Below, piece by piece: positions 39,031-51,946 of a DNA stretch of 64,000 nt. The notes under the pieces were generated by a model. It was given only the letters and a program-made list of their open reading frames with translations. It ran no database searches and was not told where the DNA came from. How positions within the stretch are numbered: position 1 is the first letter of the stretch; each line of letters starts with the position of its first letter. Location of the stretch: NCBI GenBank assembly GCA_964016885.1, contig OZ024743.1, positions 185,628,001 through 185,692,000 on the forward strand, in the 5' to 3' direction. Origin of the DNA: Eledone cirrhosa. Lineage: Eukaryota. The position numbers and the translations under genes are program-made.

Positions 39031-39403
39031 GGTGTCTGTGATCTATATACACTTGTCATAGACACACACACATATATATACACACACATATATATACACA
39101 ACAACACCACCAGCTCTCTTCCATTCTCCTTTTCTGTCTCCTCTCCCTATATCTCTCTTTCAATCTACTCTGTCACACTACTATCTCTTCTTCTCTTTCA
39201 TTTTCTCTCTTTGTTTATAAAAGCACCCGGAAAAACCCCATATCTCGGGAAACCGTGGTTCGACTTGCGCAAAACTTGTTTTATTCCATTTGTATTCCCA
39301 TTTCAGAGGCAACTTTCTTTCAAAGTATTTTCCCATTATGTGCCCTTTAGGCTGTATTATATTACAGACAAGCAAGCAAGCAAGCAATCACAGACTTTTA
39401 GTA
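38791..39403 (+). mobile_element. Helentron/DINE-like repeat, family 2
   Basis: 5' AGACCACCCGTGACCC.TTGG.TCA hairpin and 3' ACAGACAAGC...TTTTAGTA; homologous to 46993-47662. Confidence 0.6.
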
Positions 39404-40120
39404 TTCATCATCATCATCATCATCGTTTAATGACTATCTTCCATGCTAGCATGGGTTAGATGGGTATTGTTCCACTTGAGGCAAGATTGGTCGGGTGACC
39501 ATGTCTCGCTCGTATATGACTATCTGGCAGGTTTTCCACGGCTGGATGCTCTTCCTAACACCAACCAGATTTACAGTGTGGACTGGGAGCTTTTAACCGT
39601 GTTATCTACATGACCGCATTATAGCGTGGACTATGTGTTTTTTTGTCGTGTCACCTACACAACCTCATTAGTTTGGACTGGATGTTGTGGTTCCAACATA
39701 ACTTTATAGAGAAAGGGTAGTGTTGGCTGGAGTGGAAAGATGGAGTAGGGGTAGTGGGTTGGGGTGTATGTTTGGTTTGGAGGGGCCTACTGACTGTAGG
39801 TTAACTTTGCACGTAGTGAAGGTGGGTCTTCTGTATTACTGTGTGACGCCAAATATCTCAGTCCAGAGACATTGTCTTAGAGAGGTGCAAGTGTGCAAGG
39901 TCGGAATTTATCATGTCGTCCCAGGTTTTTCTGGGTCTACCTACTCCGTAACTTCTATCAATTTTGATCACCCTGCACTTTTTTCACTGTCGTCTTTCCT
40001 GCGCTTCATGTGACCATACCAACATAGTCTTCTCTCAAGTAAACAGCATCTGATCCCTCTTATTCCTAATTTCTCACTTAGTTCATTTATGTTTTGCCGT
40101 TCGTGTATATTACTATTACT
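39404..40120 (-). pseudogene. RTE LINE 3' fragment
   Basis: Homologous to 31201-31890. Confidence 0.85.
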
Positions 40121-40456
40121 GTATATTACTTTTATATAGATAAAATCAGTTTAATGCTTAAAACTCGTTTTAAGACTGTGTGACATTCAAACTGTTATTT
40201 TCAAGGACTTTGCGCCTTTATCTTTCACTTTACCGATTGACAACCACTCACACGATGTTCTTCAAACATGCGGCTCGCAAGCTTCCTTTCTATGGTAGAA
40301 CAAAGGAAAATTTTAAACGGAATATCCCTCTACACACACATTTTGTATTAATTCACATATCACACATACTATCATATGCATATTAATTTTGATTAAAAAA
40401 ATAATACTATATAACCGTCTATCAGCTGTATTGCAGATTAGCATTATGACTGGTAG

Positions 40457-40638
40457 GAGGATTGGTAGTATCGGTAGAGGATCGGACGCCATGCTTTGAC
40501 GCATAGAGTTACGGTCCTTGCCATTCTGAGTTCAAATCCCGCCGAGGTTAACTTTGCCTTTCATCCTTACGGGATCGATAAAATAAAGTACCAGTAATAC
40601 ACTGGGTAATTGCTGGCCTTGTGCCAAACGTAGAAACG
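40457..40638 (+). mobile_element. SINE family B with 14-bp TSD
   Basis: ATTATGACTGGTAG at 40443-40456 and 40639-40652; B box GAGTTCAAATCC. Confidence 0.88.
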
Positions 40639-40699
40639 ATTATGACTGGTAGAAGCCATGCCCACCCTCTTATCTCCTACAGGACGTAATAGTCATTTT

Positions 40700-40925
40700 G
40701 AGTTTGAGACTTTTAGTTTATAGTTGTCTCTATCCCGAAGGCTTATCAGGCTGGTGCCTATCCCGGTTTCCGTGGTGTAAAGCAACTGAGAGTACTAGAT
40801 TTCTCTCTCCCTGGGCAGGACGTCAGTCCATCGCAGAGCCAAACCTCCAGGTACTTATTTTCAGCTCAGTATACTGGAGCAATGTGAAATGAAGTGTGTT
40901 GCTCAAGAAACACAACACGCAGCCC
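40700..40925 (-). mobile_element. CORE-type SINE fragment
   Basis: Homologous to 9770-9995. Confidence 0.6.
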
Positions 40926-42558
40926 CATGATTGGTTTATAGCGAACCTTGTAATAGTATTATTTCTTCAAATATTCCTTTATCTTGTGTGTGACTACTTG
41001 TGATTCTTACTCTTCGCTCTACTCTGCTCTGCCTCACAACAATGTGACACCGCCACTTTGTTTTTAACAAATATATATAAATACTGATGAGAGAATTGAT
41101 TCATTCGAAATATTTATCATTCCCTTAACATACAATTTCTTTTTTTTTTTATTCCACTCCTTGATCCAATTTCGTTTCTTAATAAATATATTTCGTTTGA
41201 TAATAAATATATTAATAATAATAGAAATCGTGTCTTCCCTTTCTGTCCTATTTTCAACGTGCTCGTGTTATCATTTATTCTATTTCTGGCGAAGTCATTC
41301 ACACACTAACAGCCCCTCTATAACTCCCTCCACCCCACCTCATGTATATATACTCCTATTACTATCTCTTCCGCGTCTGTCTATCACTTTTTCTCTCCCT
41401 CTCCTCCTCTTTCTCTCTCTGTCAAATCTACTCTCTCTTCAATTATCTCATCCTATTTTTTCTCAAGATTCCCCACTCCCGCTTTTCTCTTCCTCCCACC
41501 AAACCAGTATATTTATTATTATTTTTCATCAGTCGTGATTTCTCTTTTTCAACACTTTCTTATTCTCCTCTTCGTTATTCCCCCACCTCTAACATCTTTA
41601 CATGCAGCTATTTATTTATTCGAACATATAACTTTCGCTTTCTCAACCACTGAATTCTTCTCGCTTTCTTTTCCTTCGAGTTTTCGCTTTATCCCTGACA
41701 CTCTCCTTCTAAACAGATCTCTTCGCAGTAGTGCATAGCAACGGAATATGGAAGTAATCAAACAGGTGGTAGAAAGAGTCAGAGAAGAGAGTGGATGAGG
41801 TTGAGAAAGACATAAAGCGAAGGTGGGAGAGATAGAGTGAGAAAACTAAAAGATAATTCGAGCAGATGAAAATGGAATTAGCACTAAAAAGGCAAAGAAA
41901 TCACTACTTCGTCTAGAATAATCTTCTTCGTTGGGAATAACGGTAAGTATACACTAACATCCGTACGCCCAAACGTAAATACCAGCAAATACATTCTAAC
42001 AAATACGTCTACACTCATACATAAATTCGCTCATCAAATCTTACCAACGCAAGTTCAATCTATTTATTTTAATGTGTAACCTCCACTCCCGTTCTATAGA
42101 CGATTGGAACATGTCAAACTTATACTTTAACAATACATAGCTGAAGTTAATTATTTAAATAACTAATAGTTTTAATCGTGAAACGAAACATATTCCTTTG
42201 CTCTGTTCATTTAGTCCTTCTTTTTCTGTTTCCTTTCACGTTATCCGTAATTCTTGATTGAAACACGTTGTCATGGATTTATCAACTCCTCCGTTCTGTC
42301 ACTTTTTTACTTGTTGAAGAATTCTAAAAGGAAAACAGAAAACGCGCATTATTGTTTGTTTTGCCTCGAACAGGTGAGTCTAATGGATTTCGATACTTAA
42401 AAAATATTAATGTTAATTAAAACTGCTGTTATGAAAAATAATTGTTAATATTGGAAATATGTATGTATCTTAAAATGTCACTACCAATACTTTTTAAAAC
42501 TAACCAACACATCCCTCCACTATGTCACTATTGTTTGTATTTGTGAGAGTGAGTGCAC

Positions 42559-42559
<1 letters not shown>

Positions 42560-42592
<33 letters not shown>

Positions 42593-42890
42593 AATTTATA
42601 TTATATATATATATATAAACAATTTATATTATATATATATATATATAAACAATTTATATAAATATATATATATATATATATAAACAATTTATATAAATAT
42701 ATATATATATATATAAACAATTTATATATATATATATATATATAAACAATTTATATAAATATATATATATATAATTTTTTATATAAATTGTTTATATATA
42801 TATATATTATATATATAAATTGTTTATATATATATATATATATAAACAATTTATATTTTAAAAAATATCTATTATATATATGTATATAGT
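42560..42890. repeat. AT-rich compound array, (TA)n plus TATAAACAATT in both orientations
   Basis: Direct copies at 42586-42755, inverted copies at 42782-42828. Confidence 0.85.
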
Positions 42891-42953
42891 GTAGGTGATT
42901 CAGTGAATTACTGATGTTGATACCAAAGCAAGCACTCTATGCAAGAAAAAAAC

Positions 42954-43208
42954 GAGGAAGTTTCGTTTACATGTAAAAAAATCTTTATTGTGTATCGACC
43001 TGTTACGTGCGTTTCGCAGAGGATTAGATCAAGGTCACTCATAGGAGTTATGGACCCGAATTTTTTTTCACATCGCCAGTCTGAAGAGCAGATCGATAGC
43101 GGAGTCGGTTCCATAAAGACTGAGTGACCTTGAACCAATCCTATGCGAAACGCGCGTAACAGGTCGATACACAATAAATATTTTTTATATGTAAACGAAA
43201 CTTCCTCT
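42954..43208. repeat. ~105-bp-arm inverted repeat containing a hammerhead
   Basis: GAGGAAGTTTCGTTTACAT...ATGGACCCGA / TCGGTTCCAT...ATGTAAACGAAACTTCCTC. Confidence 0.88.
43076..43163 (+). ncRNA. Type I hammerhead ribozyme, long stem II insert
   Basis: CCAGT-CTGAAGA-GCA...TGC-GAAA-CGCGCG-TA-ACAGG; palindromic stem III, stem I with one mismatch. Confidence 0.7.
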
Positions 43209-43217
43209 TTTTGTTTT

Positions 43218-43254
<37 letters not shown>

Positions 43255-43759
43255 AAGAAAGAAAAAATAGGAGAAAAGACGCACACTCAATCACATCACA
43301 GCAGGGGACACTGGGGTTTTCCTTTGAGGCAAGCCAACACACGCAATGTCGCACATGATAGCGAGACTAAGACGCTGGACTAACCAGGCATCCTTGCTGG
43401 CATCATCTGATAACGCGGTATGGTGAGCCGCTAACTATGACGAGAACATCGTCAGAATCACAGAACCAAAAACGTATCAAAAAACACAATACACACATAC
43501 ATACAAATTTCAACAACTTGTATTTTTCATATTTTTTTTTTGTTTTCATAACTTTATTCCAACTTCTACATCCGTTAACAAAGAGAATGCGATTTCACAA
43601 AAATACAAATCTTACTTAAAAAAAAAGTTAGAGTGGGTGTCATGGCGGACATAGAATTCTACTTCAAAAAGTAGTGTCCAACTCATGCCTACATGGAAAA
43701 ACAGACACAGAACTGTGGATAATATACACAATCACACACACACACATATATATATCCAC

Positions 43760-43958
43760 AGTCGATCAACTTTCATCAAATCGGACCAAGGAATCAATGT
43801 TGCCATTAGTCTTTCCAATTCCAGTTGCAACTCCAGGTAGAAGGAGCAACGTGAAATAAATTGTCTTGTCTAAGGACATAACGCATCGCCCGATCCAGGA
43901 ATCAAACTCACAACCTCACAATTGCAAATCCAATTCTCTAACCACTCATTCACGTGCC

Positions 43959-43960
<2 letters not shown>
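43760..43960 (-). mobile_element. tRNA/CORE SINE family C
   Basis: Reverse-complement head AAGGCACGTGAATGAGTGGTTAGAGAATTGG...GGTTGTGAGTTTGATTCC. Confidence 0.75.
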
Positions 43961-44039
<79 letters not shown>

Positions 44040-44801
44040 ATATATATATAATAGTGATTGTATAACAAATAAATAATGTAAATTCTAAGCTACTGACATC
44101 TACTTCATTGTTTATATATATATATATATATATATATACTACCAGAAATACCCGGCGTTGCTTGAGTTAAAGAAAATTATGAAATTTCATTCAAAACTTG
44201 ATGTATTTTCTAAAATTTCCGGCATAACAAATTCTGTGAGATCATGAATATCGTAATCATCGTTTTTACATCCACTTTTCCATGCTTGCAATGGTTGGTC
44301 GGGTCCTTTCCAGTACAGCATCTCTCCACTCGCTGTGTTTCTTCATTATCTCCTCTGTGAGTCTCAGCAATTTAATGGAGTAGATAGAATACCAGAACAA
44401 AGACGAGGCACAGAGAAAAATACACACCAAAAATAGTCATTGAGAAGGTCATAGGATGTGTGACAAAAGAGCTATGACAATTAACAATTAAACAACCACC
44501 TGGTTACTAAACTAACTGAAGAATGGATTAGTTACTCAACTAATAATAAACTTAAATGAAACTAACTGGTGCATAGTTTTTATTAGCATGACCCTCCCAA
44601 AGTATAACAATATCTGTTTCAACACACTATTTTACATCAAGAATCTTGCAAAATAAATGCAACAATAGAAAGTGTAATTGTTTGCTATCTCTAGACATCA
44701 GCATATGAAAAGTTAAGATCTTTCTAACAGCTTCATAGTGAAGACCATTGGTTAAGGTAGCTAATGGCACATTTGACAATAGGTGTGTGTGTGTGTTCCT
44801 C

Positions 44802-45237
44802 TTAACCCTTTAGCATTTAAACCAGCCATATCTGGCCAGAAGTCTGTCACCATTTTCTGTTCAAACCGGCCATAACCGGCTGCTCATAATTATGTTATGG
44901 TATTGTTCTCAAAATAAATACTATCAAATTCTTGAGGTGCAATATAATTGTTTCTACTTATGGCACAAGGCCAGCAATTACCCAGTACATTACTGGTACT
45001 TTTATTTTATCGACCCCTGAAAGGATGAAAGGCAAAGTTAACCTTGGCGGGATTTGAACTCAGACCATAAAGGGCCGTAATTCTTTGCTGAAAAGCATGG
45101 CGTCCGACTCTCTACTAATACTGCCAATCTCACATTATATTGAGGTTCAATATAATGTGAGATAATTATGTGAAATAATGGGTTTACTGTGAAAATAGAA
45201 TAGTAAATATTGAGTAATGTAAATGCTAAAGGGTTAA
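44802..45237. mobile_element. piggyBac-type MITE with nested SINE B (44949-45130, minus strand)
   Basis: TTAACCCTTT...AAAGGGTTAA ends; the SINE is flanked by the duplication TTGAGGT(G/T)CAATATAAT. Confidence 0.85.
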
Positions 45238-45588
45238 ATTTGGAAAATTTTAAATGGATTCAACCAAATTCGGTATTTCAGATATAATCAAGATAACCAT
45301 GGCTATTATGGATTAAAATTATTGTTAAATCAAATTTAAAATTCACAAACATTTTTACTATCTATATTATACATTTTTACTCTTTATGAGATGGATGTAA
45401 TGAGACATGCAACATCTGGAAAGTCAGCTAGTATAATACATATATATATATATATATGTTACTTCAAAATATTAATACTTCACATATGACTGAATTATAA
45501 CTTGATGGTTATAATTCAGTCATATAATTCAGACTACCATGACTGAATTATAACCATCAACACAGTCAAGGTATGTCAGACATCAATT

Positions 45589-45654
45589 TATTTTATCTGA
45601 TGAGGACGTACTGTTGAAATAGCTCAGTACCTCTGAAATATGTATAATAAAATA
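45589..45654 (+). ncRNA. Type I hammerhead ribozyme
   Basis: TATTTTAT-CTGATGA-GGACGTACTG...CAGTACCTCT-GAAA-TATGTA-TA-ATAAAATA; 8-bp stem I. Confidence 0.75.
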
Positions 45655-45785
45655 TATTTGATCACATGAATGTCTATATTTATTAATATTTTGAAGTAAT
45701 ATTAATAACTCCAGAAAACCTTTTTGTAGAGTGCTTCTAATCTATTGTAAAACTTTATTCATTGAACCTTGTTAAACTTTTAATT

Positions 45786-46033
45786 ATATATATATATATA
45801 TATATGGGTGTGTGTGTGTGTGTGTGTATGCGTGTGCGTGTATATATGTGTGTGTATATATATGTGTGTGTATATGTGTGTGTGTGTATATGTGTGTGTA
45901 TATATATGTATGTGTGTATATGTGTGTGTGTGTATATATATATGTGTGTGTGTATATATATGTGTGTGTGTGTATATATATATGTGTGTGTGTATATATA
46001 TATATGTGTGTGTGTGTGTATATTTATATATAT
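45786..46033. repeat. Compound (TA)n/(TG)n microsatellite
   Basis: Alternating TG and TA blocks. Confidence 0.95.
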
Positions 46034-46126
46034 ACTAGCTGGCCCGTCCGGCTGGTGTCCGGCTAGATATACCTGCCCCCACCACTCCACTGCAAAGATA
46101 CCACACACCCTCCTGTGTCACATTGT

Positions 46127-46326
46127 NNNNNNNNNNNNNNNNNNNNNNNNNNNNNNNNNNNNNNNNNNNNNNNNNNNNNNNNNNNNNNNNNNNNNNNNNN
46201 NNNNNNNNNNNNNNNNNNNNNNNNNNNNNNNNNNNNNNNNNNNNNNNNNNNNNNNNNNNNNNNNNNNNNNNNNNNNNNNNNNNNNNNNNNNNNNNNNNNN
46301 NNNNNNNNNNNNNNNNNNNNNNNNNN
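46127..46326. other. Assembly gap (200 N)
   Basis: Run of N of round length. Confidence 0.99.
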
Positions 46327-46635
46327 GTGTCTCAACAAAAAGCGCCATCCCACACTATAAAGTGGTCGTGTTGGTGACATGTTAAAAAGGGCCCAACCCA
46401 CACTGTAAAGTGTCGAGTAGGAGTCACGGCTAAAAGCACCCAGCCTACACTGTAAAAGCAGCCAGTACACACTGTAAATGTGGTTGACATTTGGAAGGCT
46501 ATCCAACCATAGAAACCAAGCCAGAACCAGTTCTGTATGAGCAAGACATGGTCACCTAATCTGACTTGTCTCACAACATCTAACATATGCTAGTATGAAA
46601 AAATGGATGATAAACGGTGATAATAATGATAATGA
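46327..46635 (+). mobile_element. RTE/SINE-A-type 3' tail, diverged
   Basis: CACTGTAAA subrepeats, GGAAGG..ATCCA.CC.TAGAAA, (GAT/AAT)n end. Confidence 0.7.
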
Positions 46636-46992
46636 TATATATAATATATTAATATATATAAATATATGCATATTTATTTATATAGGTTGAACAATGAAAA
46701 CAAAGAAGGCGAGGTTCAATGAATAATTAGTTCATTGTTTTACAATCATTTTGAAAGGTTGAGTGAACCATGATAATATCAATATATTGACTAATCGATA
46801 GCAAGTTATGTAACTCCATATTATCAGTCTCAATACAATGGTTCCATCTCTATTCTTGTTAAACTATTCTTCCACAAAAACAAAACCTTTTTTTTCCATA
46901 TTTCGTTGGGATATTCATATCCATGCTACATAGAGTTCTAACAGTCTTATTGGTCCTGCTGTAGACAGGTAAATATCAGAATATATATATAT

Positions 46993-47129
46993 GCTAGACC
47001 ACCCGTGACCCATTGGATCACATTCCCCTAAAAATATTTTTAAACATCATGTTCCCTTAAAAATAATTTTTGAATAATTAAAATATACACAGACATGTTT
47101 ATGATGTAAAATGAAATTGGAAGGCCCAC

Positions 47130-47163
<34 letters not shown>

Positions 47164-47662
47164 ATGTATGTGTGTGTATATATATGTGGGTATCTATGAC
47201 CTATATACACACACAAACTTAGAAAACCTTCCTATTTAGCAGGTAATATTCGCTACACACATCCTGTCCTAACATAAGTTATATTATACATATGACTTAA
47301 TATTCAGTCACCAAATTTTAGCTAGATACAGTAATGATGTATTCGATTCTTTGAAGTAACCTGTTATAATTTCAACAACGCCACCAGCTCTCTCTCTTCC
47401 ATTTTTCTTCTCTTCTCTGTCTCCTCTCTTTCTATCCCTCTCTTTCAATCTACTCTCTCACAACCACTATCTCTTTCTTTCTATCTTTCTCTCTCTCTGT
47501 TTATGAAGGTACCCAGAAAAACCCTGTATCTCGGGGAAACCGTACTCCAATTTATGTGAAACTTGTATTATTCCTTTCAAAGTATTTCCCCATTTTGCGC
47601 TGTTTTGGCTGTATTAAATTACAGACAAGCACACAATCACAGAATGTTAGTAGTATATAGAT
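46993..47662 (+). mobile_element. Helentron/DINE-like repeat, family 2
   Basis: Homologous to 38791-39403 and, inverted, to 14947-15345. Confidence 0.6.
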
Positions 47663-47914
47663 AGATTGATAAATATATTCAAAATAAACAAACACCACCA
47701 ACAGCACCACACTACCACCACCACCACCACCAATTTTACCAGCCCATATTTTAAACTCCAGTCAAATAATTCAACAAAAGCACATCACCAAAAAAAAAAA
47801 GATGTCCCACACACCCCAGGGATTTAAAAGGTGAGGGAGTGGATGGAGAACTTTGTCATTCTTTACAGAAGATTAAAACATTTGTTGTTTCAAAATAAAA
47901 AATATTGCAGTAGA

Positions 47915-48668
47915 ATATAGAGAGGGAGAGAGAATTTGGTGGTCTAGTGAGAGAGGGGCAATTGTGAGAGAGAGTGAGGTATGTAGTGGGATATAGAGAG
48001 GGGGAGATGGATTAGTGGTCTAGTGAGAGAGGGGGAGATGGATTAGTGGTCTAGTGAGAGAGGGGGAATTGAGAGAGTGAGGTGGAGAGAGTTTGTTGGT
48101 TTAATGAGAGAGGAAATTAAGAGAGTGAGATATCTAGTGGTATATAGAGAGAGAATTTGGTGACTGAGTGAGAGAGTGAGGTATGTAGTAGGATATAGAG
48201 AGGGGGAGATTAGTTGGTGGTCTAGTGAGAGAGGGGGAATTGTGAGAGAGTGAGGTATGTGGTAGGATAGAGAGAGAGGGAGAGAGTCGGTTGGTTTAAT
48301 GAAGGAGGGGAAATTAACCCTTTAGCATTTGCATTAATCTATATATACTATTATATTTTCATAGTAAAGGCATTACCTCATATTGTTATCTTACATAATA
48401 TTGAATCTATGACTTTGATATTATTTATTTTGAGAACAATACCTAAACATCAGTATGAGCAGCTGGTTACAGCTGGTTTGAACAGAAATAGGTGAGAGAA
48501 TTCTGGCCAGATATGGCCAGTTTAAATGCTAAAGGGTTAAGAGAGGGAGAGAGAGAGTGAGGTATGTAGTGGTATATAGTGAGGGGGAGAGAATTTGGTG
48601 GTTGAGTGACAGAGGGGGGATTGTGAGATAGAATGAGGTATATAGTGGGATATAGAGAGTGGGAGAGA
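47915..48668. repeat. GA-rich degenerate minisatellite interrupted by a MITE
   Basis: Repeated GTGGTCTAGTGAGAGAGGGGG and GAGTGAGGTATGTAGTGG units. Confidence 0.8.
48314..48540. mobile_element. piggyBac-type MITE
   Basis: TTAACCCTTTAGCATTT...AAATGCTAAAGGGTTAA. Confidence 0.87.
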
Positions 48669-49625
48669 CTTGTTTTATTCCATTTATATTCCCATTTCAG
48701 GGGCAACTTTCTTTCAAAGTATGTTTCCATTATGTGCCATTTTGGCTGTATTACATTACAGACAAGCACACCATCACAGAGTTTTAGTAGTATATAGGTG
48801 GATTCCCGATGTATATCGAAGGTACTCAATACATTAGTATACTCTACTAATGTATGAGTATAGGTATATTTATTTTAATATAGAAATGAGTTCTATAGGA
48901 CAAGAAATCATTATTCTTACAAATGAAACAGTTCTTGTCCTGTAGAAATCATTTCTATAATTGTATGTTTTAATGTTGATGTGTGTACAACTTCGTATGG
49001 TTCCACTATAGATTTGTTAAGACAAAAATGATAGTCATATATTGTGCAACATTCAAACAATCATTTGGAACTCTACTTACAAAGAGATGCTTACTTCCAA
49101 TCATTCACATATTCCTTGAGTTCTGTTTGAATACACCATCACCACCACCATTTTACACCTGTTTACCATGTTGGCATGGGTTAAACAGGTCACAAATTGA
49201 TAAATTTATGAAGAAATTGAGCAATTTTGAAAAGTTGAAATTTATTTGCTTTTATTAGGAAAATCTTCTACAATTCATATATTAACTATAAAATAGCTGA
49301 ATTAGTTGGATAAATTGTCTTTGTAAACAGTGATGCCTGTGGCCATCAAACCACATATTTGCTAAGATGGACAGCTGCAATAATTGAATGGACAGACATG
49401 ATGTTTTCATTGCCGATGTCCATTCTCTTGTGAACTTTAGTTCCACTCAACAGTTGTGCACAGGCTTTAATATTGTATCTCAGTGTTTTCCTATTTGGGT
49501 TTATTAGTAACTCAATGAATAAGTTTCTTTATCTCTCATATATTATATATGTTGTATACTTCATATATTTGGACACTAAATTTTTAACTCTTAACTTTCA
49601 ATTGTTAATCATTAATACTGAATAT

Positions 49626-49855
49626 TTAACCCTTTAGCATTGAAACCGGCCGTATCAAGCCAGAATCCTCTCACCTCTTTCTGTTTAAACCGGCTGTAAT
49701 CCTGCTTCTTATACTGATGTTAAGGTATTGATCTCAACATAAATAAAATGAAAATCTCCTAGATTCAATATTATGTAATATAATTATGTGAGGTAAAGCC
49801 TTTACCATGAAAATATAATAGTATATATAGAGTAATGTAAATACTAAAGGGTTAA
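49626..49855. mobile_element. piggyBac-type MITE
   Basis: Same TIRs and TTAA. Confidence 0.87.
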
Positions 49856-50652
49856 TGTTCAATGTTGAATCCTAATTTCTAACATTAATTTGTACATCTT
49901 CCTATTTATTTTTAATTTTTAATTAATTCTGAATTTTTAATTTTCAATGTTGAATTCTAATTTCTAACCCCTAGCATTAATTTATCTATCCACTTATATT
50001 GATAGGTGAATAAAACAATAATTCACTCATCAATATAAGCTTTTGTGGTTAACATTATGACTTGCTTTGTCCCACCATAAGATAGTGGTAGGAAGTGGGG
50101 AGATGCATGCATGACACCACTGGAATTTTAATTTAATACTGCTGGTGTCTGTTGGATGAGATAGAGTGGCTGATGTAGCAGATGTCACTGGCTGTTCTTC
50201 ATGGCAATACCGTCACCTTTCGGAATGGGGTGTTTAGTCTCCTGTTCCTTTCCCTTTCTTTCATGTTTTTCCTCTTTCATATTCTTTTTTTTTTGTATGT
50301 AAACATTATATAATCCAAATATAAATATACCTAGTAAGGATTTGTTGACACTAAACAATTACATGCTATAAAGAATTAAAATTCTTATTAGGATTTGTCA
50401 GAATTATAAAAATAAAAAGAGAGGAAATGAAGAGGCATACTTAGTAAACCGGAACAAGATGTTGGAAGTTGATCTGAGTGGGGAAATAATGTATAGAACA
50501 GTAAACAAGCATAATGATTTCTAATTTTAACTCAAGGCCAGCAATTAATTTTTGGTGGGTGGGGTAGTTGATTATATATTACAAAACGTACATATGTCTA
50601 TATATATATATGAAAAATGGCGTGCTGCGTGGTTGCACGTGGGTTACATATG

Positions 50653-50940
50653 AATAAAATTAGTCCTTCATCAGTGATCTTCCAACCTTCATTGGTATTT
50701 CTTCGCTTTAAAGATCATATACCTCTGGTTGGTGCGAGCAATAACTAAAGAAAGTTATTGGGACAAGTAAACTAGGGTGAAACGAGCGAGTTGTTTACAT
50801 GTGTCGCTCGCTTCACCCTAGTTTATGTGTCCCAATAACTTTCTTTAGTTATTGCTCGCACCAACCAGAGGTATATGATCTTTAAAGTGAAGAAATACCA
50901 ATGAAGGTTGGAAGATCACTGATGAAGGACTAATTTTATT
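50653..50940. repeat. 288-bp near-perfect palindrome (fold-back / MITE-like)
   Basis: Arms 50653-50789 and 50804-50940, with a 14-nt loop. Confidence 0.92.
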
Positions 50941-51039
50941 TATATGTATACACACCATAACACAAGTAAATACAAGACATACAGCAACAAAAACATATTT
51001 TAAGGGTTGAGCAGATTAAGGATGGCAGGCAAGGAAGAA

Positions 51040-51840
51040 TCTTGAGAAGTTGAGGCATGTATTAAAGTCCTACAGGAAAGAGATGTCCTGGTTGAAGATA
51101 AGGCATTACCTGTTGTATTAAAACCTAAGCATGTGATAACATCAGAGATGAAGAGAAGCAAGAGGAATGACCGTGAGATTTAATGTGTTAGGCTAAGGAT
51201 TTCAGCTATTCCTGGATATTGTTATGAATATCTAGCAAATGCTCACAGAACTTGCCTCCCAAACTGTCATCTGTTTGGAGGGCTATATATATAGTGAGGT
51301 GTTGAGGTTGCATGCTATGCAGTATATAGAGTTAGAAGAGGTGCAGTCAAAGCAGCTGATTTCATTGACACTTCACTTAGAGTCTAGTTGTGTAGTTGTG
51401 TAGGAGATGAAGTGTTGGGTAAAGTTGACTTGGAATCAAGTTTTATATAATATAATGAAAATGACAGTGCTCAGGTGCACTAGAATTCATCAAAGGTGCA
51501 TGTATAGTACATAGAATAATGTAAAATGTTAAGAAAGTGAACAGTGTATGAGTCATGTAGTTGTATGGGAAATAAAATGAAGAAAGTTTGTACAGTAGTG
51601 GAATTCAGCTACCCAGCAGGTGTTAATATAGTATCAAAGGAGAATATTTATGCCAAACTAATGAAAAATCTGCAGATACTCCACCCTGATTATACCTTCA
51701 AATTTATACCTGTAATCATTGGGGGCTCTTGGATATGTTACTAAGTGCCCCAGTATAAATCATGAGAAACTGGGCTTCACAGAACCAGAAAGAGCATGGT
51801 TAGTTAAGAAGTTGGAAGTATAGTCCATTAATGGAAATTC
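51040..51840 (+). pseudogene. Degenerate RLE-type non-LTR C-terminus
   Basis: KKVCTVVEFSYP...KENIYAKL...FKFIPVIIG resembles the E...P...K..KY..L...P++IG RLE motif. Confidence 0.5.
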
Positions 51841-51946
51841 AGCATGTAATAACTGTGTCTACACATGTATAGACACAGAAACTACAGAATCATATGTATG
51901 TGTACACATATAACTCAAATACATACATACATATATCTATATATAT

